From the IMG/VR virus record IMGVR_UViG_3300048591_000147, positions 248,001 through 312,000 of that record: a DNA stretch of 64,000 bases, one strand, 5' to 3'. The notes beneath the pieces were generated by a model. That model was not told where the DNA came from. It did not search any database and saw only the letters and a list, made by a program, of their open reading frames with translations. A program made the position numbers and the translations under genes. This document shows, piece after piece, positions 19,432 through 28,752 of this stretch. Within the stretch, counting starts at the first letter, position 1. Each line of letters starts with the position of its first letter.

Positions 19432-20190
19432 ATGGCATATAATGTAAAATATACAAATAATAACAAACCAGATATAGTGGTGCAAAGCGAGTCTGAATTA
19501 TCAGAATCGCTAAGTGTTAATTTGTTCGGTAGAGCATTTCTAGAATATGGGGAACAATTAAACGAGAGTTTATTAAAACTGTTGGAGAATTGCGCATGCC
19601 CAGAGTTCACTGATAACCCCGGAAGACCCGATTTGGGCAAGGGTCCACGTTTAATAAATCCGGTTGAAGGGCAATTATGGTACAATACAACGCAACAATT
19701 ATTCTTTTATTGGAATGCTTTTGAATGGGTGCCGCTATCAATTCGCTCCGATGTTGCGGCGAATTGGGGTCAAATAGCTCATGGTGAAGTATTACCACGC
19801 CCTGTTAATCTTACTAATAATTATGAGTTTCCATATTCTCAATGTATCTGGATGGTTTCGCCACAAGAAATCCCAACCAGATTCAATTATTATGTGTGCA
19901 CCACAGATAGTGAAGCGGTAGTAACTATGTTATATCGCACAGTTGGTGATGCAGTTCCAACACCGGGAACTGCAAACTATCTAATTATCGGTATTAAGAA
20001 TAACGGTAATACTGGTATTATAGATTGTACGTATGATGTTATTACACCATTGACACCGACCCCAACAGTTACTCCAACCCCTACTTCAACACCAGCGCCA
20101 ACTCCGGGTGAAGGATTCTTCATAATGCTAGAGACTGATGTAGATATCTTATTATTAGAAACTGATGGCGGACTGTTGAAGGAAATATAA
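19432..20190 (+). CDS. Tail/baseplate-associated protein (paralog 2)
   Basis: YGEQLNESLLKLLENCA...GQLWYNT, short TP tract, LLLETDGGLLKE tail. Confidence 0.65.
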   Translation: MAYNVKYTNNNKPDIVVQSESELSESLSVNLFGRAFLEYGEQLNESLLKLLENCACPEFTDNPGRPDLGKGPRLINPVEGQLWYNTTQQLFFYWNAFEWVPLSIRSDVAANWGQIAHGEVLPRPVNLTNNYEFPYSQCIWMVSPQEIPTRFNYYVCTTDSEAVVTMLYRTVGDAVPTPGTANYLIIGIKNNGNTGIIDCTYDVITPLTPTPTVTPTPTSTPAPTPGEGFFIMLETDVDILLLETDGGLLKEI

Positions 20191-20198
20191 GGATAATT

Positions 20199-20369
20199 AT
20201 GTATATAATGGTTAGGGTGACAGACAATATGATCATAGGAAGTGCAAACAATCCTATAAATAAAAAGACTGCCATGGATAGGGGCTACTTGGTATATGAA
20301 CTTAGTAGTTCGGAATATTCCGAAGATTTAATTGGCCAAATATTAGAGAGCTTTGAAGAAAAACAATGA
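20199..20369 (+). CDS. Small hypothetical protein (56 aa, not in ORF track)
   Basis: MYIMVRVTDNMIIGS...FEEKQ; AAGGA RBS; ATGA overlap with the next gene. Confidence 0.6.
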   Translation: MYIMVRVTDNMIIGSANNPINKKTAMDRGYLVYELSSSEYSEDLIGQILESFEEKQ

Positions 20370-21148
20370 CAGACTATAATGTGAAATTCACCAATATTGA
20401 TGTACCATCTATATTGCTTGAACCTAAAGACATCAATAAAGATTATGGCGTAACGCTGTTTGGTAGAACTAGGTTACAATATGGTAGGGACATGAATGAA
20501 AATATCCTACACTTGCTTGAGCATTTTGCTTGTAGGGAGGACGCAGACAATCCCGGAAATCCAGATCTAGCATTAGCACTAGATGATGATACGACAGTGA
20601 ACGATTTTCTAGGCAACCCAGTAGAAGGCCAGATATGGTTGAATTCTACTACTGATTCACCATTTTTTTGGGATGGTAGTAGATGGGTTCCATTTGGCAT
20701 GGCCGACGATTACGCCGCTAATTCCGGTAGAATCGCACATGGTGAGCAGATACCGTTACCAGTGAGCGTAACCGGATACGGATTTTCACCACAAGAATGC
20801 GTCTGGATTGTTAGTCCTTCTAATCTGCCAGCAGTTGTAGACTATTTTATTTGTAGAACAGATTCTGAAGCAATAGTAAATATGCAATATAGTCTGACTA
20901 CTAGCGGAGCGCTTATTGATGGTTGCGCGAATTATTTAATTTTTGGATTAAAGCATAATACTAATAATGGCGAATTGCCACCTGATATAACTCCAACTCC
21001 AACACCTTCAGTCACTCCAAATCCTGTTGTTACGCCTTCGGTTACACCCGGCGCAGAATTTATTATATCTGAAGACGAAGATTATTACTTCATTGTGCAG
21101 GAATATACTGCATATGATAGTCAGAACGAATACATAGTACAAGAATAA
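20366..21148 (+). CDS. Tail/baseplate-associated protein (paralog 3)
   Basis: YGRDMNENILHLLEHFA...GQIWLNS, short TP tract. Confidence 0.65.
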   Translation: MTDYNVKFTNIDVPSILLEPKDINKDYGVTLFGRTRLQYGRDMNENILHLLEHFACREDADNPGNPDLALALDDDTTVNDFLGNPVEGQIWLNSTTDSPFFWDGSRWVPFGMADDYAANSGRIAHGEQIPLPVSVTGYGFSPQECVWIVSPSNLPAVVDYFICRTDSEAIVNMQYSLTTSGALIDGCANYLIFGLKHNTNNGELPPDITPTPTPSVTPNPVVTPSVTPGAEFIISEDEDYYFIVQEYTAYDSQNEYIVQE

Positions 21149-21170
21149 ATAGACATTAAAGGAATATAAA

Positions 21171-21713
21171 ATGCCAAATTTAAGAATCAGTGAATTTACC
21201 TTGAATACCACCTTAAACGGTAGTGAGATAGTTTTAGGGGTGCAATCTGGAAATACAGTCAAAATCAGTATGGATGCAATAAAAACATTCGTCCTTGATG
21301 TAGATGCTTCCAGTATTGGTGATGTTGTAATAGCCGATGTTTTGTTAACAGATGTTAACTCGACAGTTTTGAACATAGCTGTTAATAGTTCTACGATGTA
21401 TCAAATTGATGCGATGCTGTTTATAGAAAACCCAAATACTGACGGGTTAATATTTGATATAGGTGTATATGATTTAACGACAGATATATTTAATATTGGG
21501 TATGTGGGTGGTGCTAGTTTTGGTGTCATGGAGATAGCTGTTCAGGAGGTCATTTCGGATGCTACTGGAATCCCGTTCATCAGAATGAGTGGGATAATAT
21601 CAGTGACTGGAACTGGCGGTACGATGACAGTGACTGCGAGAGTAGATAATAACGTTATAGGCACTACAAGCATTCTCAAGGGTAGCTATATCGTCGCTAC
21701 AAAAATTCAATAA
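21171..21713 (+). CDS. Tail fibre/spike-associated protein
   Basis: N-terminal RISEF...LNGSEIVLGVQSGNTVKIS motif typical of phage fibre attachment regions. Confidence 0.5.
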   Translation: MPNLRISEFTLNTTLNGSEIVLGVQSGNTVKISMDAIKTFVLDVDASSIGDVVIADVLLTDVNSTVLNIAVNSSTMYQIDAMLFIENPNTDGLIFDIGVYDLTTDIFNIGYVGGASFGVMEIAVQEVISDATGIPFIRMSGIISVTGTGGTMTVTARVDNNVIGTTSILKGSYIVATKIQ

Positions 21714-21721
21714 TTTATAAC

Positions 21722-22381
21722 ATGCATATAACAAATCTAGTCGTCAAAACAACCCCATTTAATGAAAATAAAAAATGGGGTGACGCTTTATCTCTGAAAA
21801 TAAGATTATTACAAAATTCTGATTGGGTCTTATTACCAGACTCTTCTGTTTACAATCTGGAAGAATGGGTATTGTGGCGTCAGAAAGTAAAGCAAGTATC
21901 AAGAGAATCATCAGAGTCTCCAGAACAGGCTAAGCAATTACTTACCAAGTTAATGGAGTCTACACCACAGGTTATCAAGCTGGATACTGGTAGTATAGAA
22001 TCATTTAGATTTGAGCTGATAGCTAAAGTAAAATATTACTACAATCGTAAAATAGAGACGCAGTGTATCGATAGTGATCTAATTCCATTATTAGTGAATG
22101 AGCGGTATGAAGAGGCGATAGCATATAAAACAAAATCAAAAATACAGGATTTTGTTTTGATTCTTAATGAAGTGACATCAACTGGAAAAACCGTCAAAGA
22201 AGTGATATCATCCTTTAAAGACGATAAGTTACGCATGAAGTTAATAATAGCGACTAACTACAATGCAATGGTGCGGATGATCGCCTCTATTGAAGGGGCT
22301 AATTTCGAGGAACTTACGTCCATTTATGATAGAGTACGCACATGGATATTGATATCGACATTAAACCAGTTAGTAATCTAA
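21722..22381 (+). CDS. Tail fibre assembly chaperone-like protein
   Basis: SDWVLLPDS...WVLWRQKVK motif. Confidence 0.6.
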   Translation: MHITNLVVKTTPFNENKKWGDALSLKIRLLQNSDWVLLPDSSVYNLEEWVLWRQKVKQVSRESSESPEQAKQLLTKLMESTPQVIKLDTGSIESFRFELIAKVKYYYNRKIETQCIDSDLIPLLVNERYEEAIAYKTKSKIQDFVLILNEVTSTGKTVKEVISSFKDDKLRMKLIIATNYNAMVRMIASIEGANFEELTSIYDRVRTWILISTLNQLVI

Positions 22382-22911
22382 CTGACAGGCTATACGGCAC
22401 CAGAGCTTCAACAATAGAAAACAAAGAACTAAAGCCCCACTTAGTAGGATGGTATTTTCAAACCATTCCGGTAGATCATATCACCGGGCTGGCAGCAATA
22501 CCATACAATAAAGCCGAAGAATTAGACTTCAAAAAAATAGACATATTGAACTTGAACTTGTTGAAGTTGTTCGATTCTAGGGCAGAGTTGAAAGCCGTGC
22601 TGGACATAAAACCTAACTGGAAAATGTTAGAACATGAATCCGTAGTTACTAGATTATTTCATATCAAAAATCATTTTGACATCGTGATACGATGTAAGCC
22701 GAAGTCGGTAGAAGACATTGCAGATATATTAGCATTGATTCGTCCGGGCAAAAAAGAACTTTTAGATAAATATTTAAAAGACAAATCGGCTGTAAGACCG
22801 TTGTTGTATGATAAACACCTAGATAGCGATCTACGTAAATCGCATGCGGTGGCATATGCAATGAACATTGTAGTCCAGATGAATCTTATTCAACTAGGAA
22901 TAGATATATGA
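22342..22911 (+). CDS. dnaE: DNA polymerase III alpha (DnaE)-like catalytic fragment
   Basis: MDIDID, HLVGWY, KKIDILNL, KPKSVEDIADILALIRPG, LRKSHAVAY. Confidence 0.85.
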   Translation: MDIDIDIKPVSNLTDRLYGTRASTIENKELKPHLVGWYFQTIPVDHITGLAAIPYNKAEELDFKKIDILNLNLLKLFDSRAELKAVLDIKPNWKMLEHESVVTRLFHIKNHFDIVIRCKPKSVEDIADILALIRPGKKELLDKYLKDKSAVRPLLYDKHLDSDLRKSHAVAYAMNIVVQMNLIQLGIDI

Positions 22912-23222
22912 AATTTTTAAATTGGTTAATGGAGAAACAAGAGAATGATAAAGCATTGTCGTTGTATCAGTCCCTTGCACTCTTGATAATAAACTCTAGT
23001 CCTAGTACGGAGTTAGCCACAGAACTTATCAATAAAAACTTGAAACTCATTAATGCCGTGAACTTCCTGAAAGGGACTAGATTGATTTCATATAATCCTA
23101 GTGGATATAAGTGCACCCCGCATGGAATTCAGCAGTTAAAATATAATGGGTTTGTCAACGACAATGGATCATTAACCGATAAGGGTAAAAAATTAATCAA
23201 CACCAGAAGCGAATACTTATAA
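22908..23222 (+). CDS. Hypothetical protein
   Basis: 104-aa ORF, ATGA overlap. Confidence 0.6.
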   Translation: MKFLNWLMEKQENDKALSLYQSLALLIINSSPSTELATELINKNLKLINAVNFLKGTRLISYNPSGYKCTPHGIQQLKYNGFVNDNGSLTDKGKKLINTRSEYL

Positions 23223-23666
23223 TATTTGCTCGGAATTCTCTTTAATTCTACCAGAGTAGATAATTTCTATAGAGTCTGGAATATCTTTCTTTCTCTTTCT
23301 CTTTATCTTAATAGGGTTTCCCATATTGAACACAAATAATGGCCCTAATATTCTTGACACGTAGTCAACCGGGAAACATTTTATTATAGTGCTATACTCT
23401 GTTACATTGTTTCTTGATAAGAATACAGAGAATGGGATCAGGTGTGAGTAATCTTCATACCATCTCTTACCGTAAGACACTATCTCATTTTCATTCAGAC
23501 TAGCCGGTTGACATTCATCTAATACATACGCATGAATAATATCATTAATAATATTATCTACGATTGTTATCTGCGGCTTGTCCATATATTTAATCAATGA
23601 TATGAAACGGTATCCATTGTAATTTTCTGGATATTCTTCTGGAACTAATTTTGAATATTTTTTCAT
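23217..23666 (-). CDS. Hypothetical protein
   Basis: 149-aa ORF, ATGA overlap with its upstream minus-strand gene. Confidence 0.7.
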   Translation of the reverse strand: MKKYSKLVPEEYPENYNGYRFISLIKYMDKPQITIVDNIINDIIHAYVLDECQPASLNENEIVSYGKRWYEDYSHLIPFSVFLSRNNVTEYSTIIKCFPVDYVSRILGPLFVFNMGNPIKIKRKRKKDIPDSIEIIYSGRIKENSEQIL

Positions 23667-23944
23667 AGTAATATCAACACCTTAATCTCGTCTATGGTTG
23701 TTACAGTTATTTCTATTGTATTTAGATCTACTATTTTAATTTTATCCGGGATTATGGGCGAGTTGTTATCATCAAATACGAAACATAGCACTGCATTTGT
23801 GCTTGCATTGTGCTGTAATGTATACACGGTATTTCCAGACAATGTTATTACGCCAGACGAGTCATTGTTGTCATTATCGAAAATGACTTTCTCACCTGTG
23901 TTCAAGTCTAGGTATTGTTGGTAGTATCTTTTTGTCATTATCAT
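23663..23944 (-). CDS. Hypothetical protein
   Basis: 93-aa beta-rich ORF. Confidence 0.6.
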   Translation of the reverse strand: MIMTKRYYQQYLDLNTGEKVIFDNDNNDSSGVITLSGNTVYTLQHNASTNAVLCFVFDDNNSPIIPDKIKIVDLNTIEITVTTIDEIKVLILL

Positions 23945-23992
23945 ATTTATGAAATTGGTTTTAATAAATATACAAAACAGGCAATATACTAC

Positions 23993-24643
23993 ATGGGCAT
24001 CATAAAAGAATACAAACTATATAAAATGCAAGAACTCGAAAGTAATGAGTTGGAATCAGATGAAGCTGAAGGTGAAAATCCAGACTTGGATATACTAGGC
24101 GATGATGGTATGGAAGCATCAGTCGATGATGGGATGCCAGATTTTGATATGTCAGATCTAGATGATGACGAAGCCGCTTCTATGGGTGATGAAGAAATTG
24201 ATGGTCTGGATGATAACCTAGACGGCGAGTCCGACTTAGATATGACAGATTTAGAGGGTGAAGACTCTGACGAATTATCTGATGATGAAGACATGGATAT
24301 GGATGACCTAGATTTAGATGATGAAGACCTAGATTTCGATATGGAAGACGGTGAAACTGAGGGCGATGAGAACAGCGAGGATTCAGACTTTCAGGGTGAC
24401 ATAAGAAGCGTTACTGGAGCGTGCCTGATATACAAGCGCGTTGCTGAAGATTCCACGTATGAAGAGTTGTGGGTGTATAATGTGGGCAAGGACATCAACA
24501 CTGAAGTAAAAATCAGAAGAGCTATCCTAGATGGTACTGACATTAAACCACAATTGGGTAGATCAGAAGATGGCCAACAAACCGTCAAGGTATGGTCATT
24601 AGGCAATGTACAGTATTTGAATATATTTGGATTACCAAATTGA
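23993..24643 (+). CDS. Highly acidic protein with folded C-terminal domain
   Basis: Long D/E tract; ATAAATA late promoter at 23964-23970 favours a start at 23993. Confidence 0.75.
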   Translation: MGIIKEYKLYKMQELESNELESDEAEGENPDLDILGDDGMEASVDDGMPDFDMSDLDDDEAASMGDEEIDGLDDNLDGESDLDMTDLEGEDSDELSDDEDMDMDDLDLDDEDLDFDMEDGETEGDENSEDSDFQGDIRSVTGACLIYKRVAEDSTYEELWVYNVGKDINTEVKIRRAILDGTDIKPQLGRSEDGQQTVKVWSLGNVQYLNIFGLPN

Positions 24644-24681
24644 CAATATGATTTCCATAATGTAGGATATAATACACAACA

Positions 24682-24990
24682 ATGGAAATCATCATGCAGG
24701 AACTAAAATACAACCCAACAACAGAAGAAGTGGAAGCGGTTCCACAGAGAACCGCTATTACTGATTTTCTAACCGATCTACAGAATCTAAAATTAGTCCA
24801 AAAGGACGCTAGTGCTTCTTCTTTGAAGAAGGACTTAGCTAAGAAAAAGTACGCAAAACTCATAGCAAAATTATCTAGAGGGATCGTTCCAGATAGGTCT
24901 AAACAATATAGAATAGCCGACCAACCGATTAGCCCAGAGCTTCAAGCTGCACTAGATGAGGACATGAGAGAGGTAATGGGTAATGGCTGA
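24682..24990 (+). CDS. Hypothetical protein
   Basis: 102-aa ORF; TTGACA at 24640 upstream. Confidence 0.6.
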   Translation: MEIIMQELKYNPTTEEVEAVPQRTAITDFLTDLQNLKLVQKDASASSLKKDLAKKKYAKLIAKLSRGIVPDRSKQYRIADQPISPELQAALDEDMREVMGNG

Positions 24991-25576
24991 TATAATAACT
25001 ATTTCTGCGGCTCAGGGACAAGGTAAGAGCACCTTCATACGAGATATAATGGCAAATTCTAAACACGCCAATGACATTGATGTGTACAAAAGCAAAACGG
25101 CAAGAAGTGTACTGGCAGAAATGCAAGTACCTCTCGAAGAGATATTCAAAGACGCTGCGCTATTAAAAGACTTTCAAGGCAAAGTCCTAGAAAAACATTT
25201 CGACATATTCTCATTTCAGGTGGAATCATCTAAGAAATTTGTTCTGGTTGAAAGAGGATTTATTGATATCGCTGTATTTTCAATCATGAATTTGGGTAGA
25301 CTGAATGAGTACTCCGATTGGCTTGATGATTTTGTTGGGACGTGTATAAAGAATCAACAGTCATTTGTGAAACACGCACTCTATATACCAATGCGCATAA
25401 TAGATATCAAGAAAGATGCGGTTAGACCGTTTAACATGAACTACAACTTTGCCTACGACTCAGTACTAGCGAACTATATGGAATTTGCTGGAGTGTCAAT
25501 CGGATGCATTACGCAGAAAGACAGATTAGACCGGGTCACACAATTCGACACCTTAATGGATAAAATTCATGAATGA
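24983..25576 (+). CDS. P-loop nucleotide/nucleoside kinase (NadR/dNMP kinase-like)
   Basis: SAAQGQGKST and VERGFID motifs. Confidence 0.7.
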   Translation: MADIITISAAQGQGKSTFIRDIMANSKHANDIDVYKSKTARSVLAEMQVPLEEIFKDAALLKDFQGKVLEKHFDIFSFQVESSKKFVLVERGFIDIAVFSIMNLGRLNEYSDWLDDFVGTCIKNQQSFVKHALYIPMRIIDIKKDAVRPFNMNYNFAYDSVLANYMEFAGVSIGCITQKDRLDRVTQFDTLMDKIHE

Positions 25577-26147
25577 TATGTATGTAATTTCAATAGATAC
25601 GAACGGGCTTCCGGTCAATGGCGATTTTTCCAAAGTCGATATGGTAAGCTTTTCGATAGTGCAGGTTAATTTTCATGACATGTCTCAGGTAAGAGAGCCC
25701 TTATCGGTCTTGATTAAAGTAGACAATCTACATGGTACTGAAAAGTACCATGGATGGACGAAAGAAATTATAGACGAGATTGGAATAAGTTTGGACGATG
25801 CGATTGCAGAGTTTCTGTCATATTTACTTATTGGCCATGATAATAGTCTAACCTCAAAGCTCAATAATATACAACTTATCGGAGTGAACATATATAATTA
25901 TGTATTACCGATACTAAAGAAATACCTAGATGCATATGAAGTTAATCTACCGTTTTCTAAGAATCACATCGATCTATCAGGTGCCTGTAAAATATTATTG
26001 AATACCGATTACTTTGATGACACATTAGACGTGCTGGGCTTGCAGATGAATAGAGTTAGACATTCAGGTGTAAAGATGGACGGTATGATAGCAGTTGTAA
26101 ATACGTTACGAAACCTTGTCATGGACCCCTTACTACATGGAAAATAA
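25569..26147 (+). CDS. Divergent DEDDh 3'-5' exonuclease-like protein
   Basis: ISIDTNGL, IDLS and RHSGVKMD resemble ExoI/II/III motifs. Confidence 0.55.
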   Translation: MNDMYVISIDTNGLPVNGDFSKVDMVSFSIVQVNFHDMSQVREPLSVLIKVDNLHGTEKYHGWTKEIIDEIGISLDDAIAEFLSYLLIGHDNSLTSKLNNIQLIGVNIYNYVLPILKKYLDAYEVNLPFSKNHIDLSGACKILLNTDYFDDTLDVLGLQMNRVRHSGVKMDGMIAVVNTLRNLVMDPLLHGK

Positions 26148-26430
26148 ATTTATCGAATGGTTTAAAAAAGCAAAACCATGGTTTGATTCTTTGAAAGAAC
26201 AAATCGAAAGTAATCAAAAGCTTTTGAAAGAGATAAACAAAACGCTCAAAGAGCAAGAGAAGATTATAAACGATCTGATCAAAAAAGAAAAAAAAGCAGG
26301 TATCGACAGTTCTCAGAAATTCAAAAAAGTCAGACACGAATTAGATATGATAAAAAATGACGTGGGTAATATTTCCACGGCAATAAATAGCATTAATAAA
26401 AGTAGGATAGTAACAAATGGAAGAAAATAG
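26137..26430 (+). CDS. Hypothetical coiled-coil protein
   Basis: K/E-rich heptads; upstream of the spanins. Confidence 0.6.
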   Translation: MENKFIEWFKKAKPWFDSLKEQIESNQKLLKEINKTLKEQEKIINDLIKKEKKAGIDSSQKFKKVRHELDMIKNDVGNISTAINSINKSRIVTNGRK

Positions 26431-26860
26431 TCCACAGGGGTTTTTCATGCCGACCCCAGTATCTGGAATGTCATTGTTCTTTAAATTCTTATTCAATTTC
26501 AAGACCATCAGTTTTATAGTTGTGGCAGCATTAGCGCTGACAATATACATACAGCAGAATAAGATTGATTCTTATAAGTTCCAACTTGAGAGCCAAGTAG
26601 CAAAAGCTGCATTGATTGAAAACGATTTGACATATTGTCGAGCTAATTTCCAAGAACTCAAATTATCAGTAGAGAATGCGGCAGTAGAGAGTAAGAAGTT
26701 GAACGAAGAATTTTTTGACCTAAAGACAGAAATTGAAAGATTCAACAACATCAATAGAAACAATTCAAAGCAGATTGACGATATACGAAATAGTGCATTG
26801 GCCAATACCTGTGATGACGCTATTAAAGAATTGGTTGAAGCCATTGAAGGTGACAAATGA
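26417..26860 (+). CDS. Inner-membrane spanin (Rz-like)
   Basis: N-terminal TM helix, periplasmic coiled coil, CDD near the C-terminus; overlaps a lipoprotein gene. Confidence 0.75.
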   Translation: MEENSPQGFFMPTPVSGMSLFFKFLFNFKTISFIVVAALALTIYIQQNKIDSYKFQLESQVAKAALIENDLTYCRANFQELKLSVENAAVESKKLNEEFFDLKTEIERFNNINRNNSKQIDDIRNSALANTCDDAIKELVEAIEGDK

Positions 26861-27324
26861 AGAAACTAATCCTAGCGCTGGGAATATTAATGATTTCAGC
26901 GTGTGCTACGACAGAACCAAAAGAGACTATCATCTATGTCGATAAGCCAGTGCCATTTTATATAGTACCATATCCAAGTGATATTGCGAAACCTGATTTT
27001 GAAATAGACAAGATAGACAAAAATAATTACGCACCCGGTCAAATTGCTAAAGCATATAGAATAACAATTCAACAATATAAACAATATACTAATCTATTAG
27101 TCGAGGTTATTGATAAATATAGAGAATTGGCAGAAAAAAGTAAACAGAAGTTGACAGATTTAGAGACTTCAGTGGATGGCATGCAATCAGCAGGAAATCC
27201 AATGGTGCCTAAAGAGTCGTTTGTTGAGAGTAATCTACAACATATGTTAGAACTTTATTCTACCGAAGAAGAGTTTAAAGAGTTAGAAAAGAAATCACAA
27301 ACACAAAAGGTTGATATTGAATGA
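26857..27324 (+). CDS. Outer-membrane spanin lipoprotein (Rz1-like)
   Basis: Signal peptide with lipobox ISAC, followed by a Pro-rich segment. Confidence 0.75.
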   Translation: MKKLILALGILMISACATTEPKETIIYVDKPVPFYIVPYPSDIAKPDFEIDKIDKNNYAPGQIAKAYRITIQQYKQYTNLLVEVIDKYRELAEKSKQKLTDLETSVDGMQSAGNPMVPKESFVESNLQHMLELYSTEEEFKELEKKSQTQKVDIE

Positions 27325-27638
27325 GGCACTTGAGAGATATTTTAAACGAGGGTAGACCACCTAAAGCTAAGGGTATATTTGTGTCTGATGATACGAATGA
27401 ACCGTATCCAAAGGACACGATGGTCTACATCCAAAAAGATATCAACAAGCGAAGTAAAGATAAGGAAATGGATTGGAACAGTCCTATTGAATTGGTTGAC
27501 TCATCATTAGACGAACTAAATGTGCCGAAACCGTTAGCCTATATGAGAGAAAGGTGGAAGCAGTATCAGGAAATGATAGCGTATGCTGTTAGAAATTTGG
27601 CCGATTCTAGAGGTTTAAATGGCAAATGGAACCGTTAA
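27321..27638 (+). CDS. Hypothetical protein
   Basis: 105-aa ORF starting MRHLRDILNE. Confidence 0.65.
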   Translation: MRHLRDILNEGRPPKAKGIFVSDDTNEPYPKDTMVYIQKDINKRSKDKEMDWNSPIELVDSSLDELNVPKPLAYMRERWKQYQEMIAYAVRNLADSRGLNGKWNR

Positions 27639-27666
27639 ATCATAAATATATTAAAAGGGCGTCATA

Positions 27667-28575
27667 ATGAATAATTTACAAGAACTACAGAAGTTGGCGG
27701 GTATTGATATAACAGAATCATTACGTAGGACTTCGGAAAAAATCAAGGGGTTAGATGGCCCGTTTAATACCAATAAGCGTAGAGGGTTGTACTTCGATCC
27801 AAAAGAAAATCGTTTCTATGATAGAAATAGCGACCATTACGTTGACTTGGTTGATGGCGAGGACGATCCACGTAAGGCACAAGTTAAAACAATAACAGAT
27901 GCTAAGAATATTGACGAGGAAGTAGAAGTCAAAGAAGCTGTAGATGCGCCTAGATTCGACCACGCAGCATATAAGGCAAAGGTTCGTACTATGTCAGATG
28001 ATGCATTGCGATTCACTATGAAAGATGCACATGAAGCTATTAAGGCAAATCCAGATAGTGAGAAGGCCAAATCAGGGTATTATGCTGATGAGATTAATTA
28101 TTGTTCAGATGAACTACATAGACGTAAGACGACCAACGAATCAACAACACCAGAAAAGGTAGGCTTACTATTTGATCCCAATGACTTTGTCAAGCAGATG
28201 GAGAAGACCTTTAGGGATAGTGTGGAGTCAATATCTTATCATCACACAGATGCTGATGCTGACCGCGCAGATAAGTACAAGTTACCTAAAGATGTCAAAA
28301 AGGCATGTACTGAAAGAATAGCAGAGCTTAAAGCGGCTATTGACGTTGAAGATGATAAAGGTTATAATGATAAGAGCATTAAAGAGCAGGCAATTGAATG
28401 TATAGAACAGATTCTTCAGAATCTTTCTTCTAATGACGCAGAAGGCTTCAAACAGTCCGTCATATATTTGGACACCTTAATGTCTATATTGGTAGATTTG
28501 ATGCCTGCGCAGTTACTAAAATATTTGAGAGTAGGTAGAAATTATGGCAAAGATCCTTCCACCGAACCCGTGTGA
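27667..28575 (+). CDS. Hypothetical protein, possible head/internal protein
   Basis: CATAAATA late promoter at 27641; starts MNNLQELQKLAGIDITE. Confidence 0.65.
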   Translation: MNNLQELQKLAGIDITESLRRTSEKIKGLDGPFNTNKRRGLYFDPKENRFYDRNSDHYVDLVDGEDDPRKAQVKTITDAKNIDEEVEVKEAVDAPRFDHAAYKAKVRTMSDDALRFTMKDAHEAIKANPDSEKAKSGYYADEINYCSDELHRRKTTNESTTPEKVGLLFDPNDFVKQMEKTFRDSVESISYHHTDADADRADKYKLPKDVKKACTERIAELKAAIDVEDDKGYNDKSIKEQAIECIEQILQNLSSNDAEGFKQSVIYLDTLMSILVDLMPAQLLKYLRVGRNYGKDPSTEPV

Positions 28576-28581
28576 TCACAC

Positions 28582-28749
28582 ATGATAATATGCGTCTGTG
28601 AGGGTTTATCCTCAGACCAGATAGTAAAAATCATAAAAACCTCGTCTTCTATAGACGAGGTTTTTTGCTCTGGGGCTGGCACATGGTGTGGTTGCTGTAG
28701 AGGCACGATCCATGCTATGATTGAGGATCACAATAAAGATTTGAGTTAA
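28582..28749 (+). CDS. bfd: Bacterioferritin-associated ferredoxin (Bfd-like [2Fe-2S]), 55 aa, not in ORF track
   Basis: MIICVCEGLSSDQI...GAGTWCGCCR gives CxC-x29-CxxC. Confidence 0.85.
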   Translation: MIICVCEGLSSDQIVKIIKTSSSIDEVFCSGAGTWCGCCRGTIHAMIEDHNKDLS

Positions 28750-28752
28750 ATT

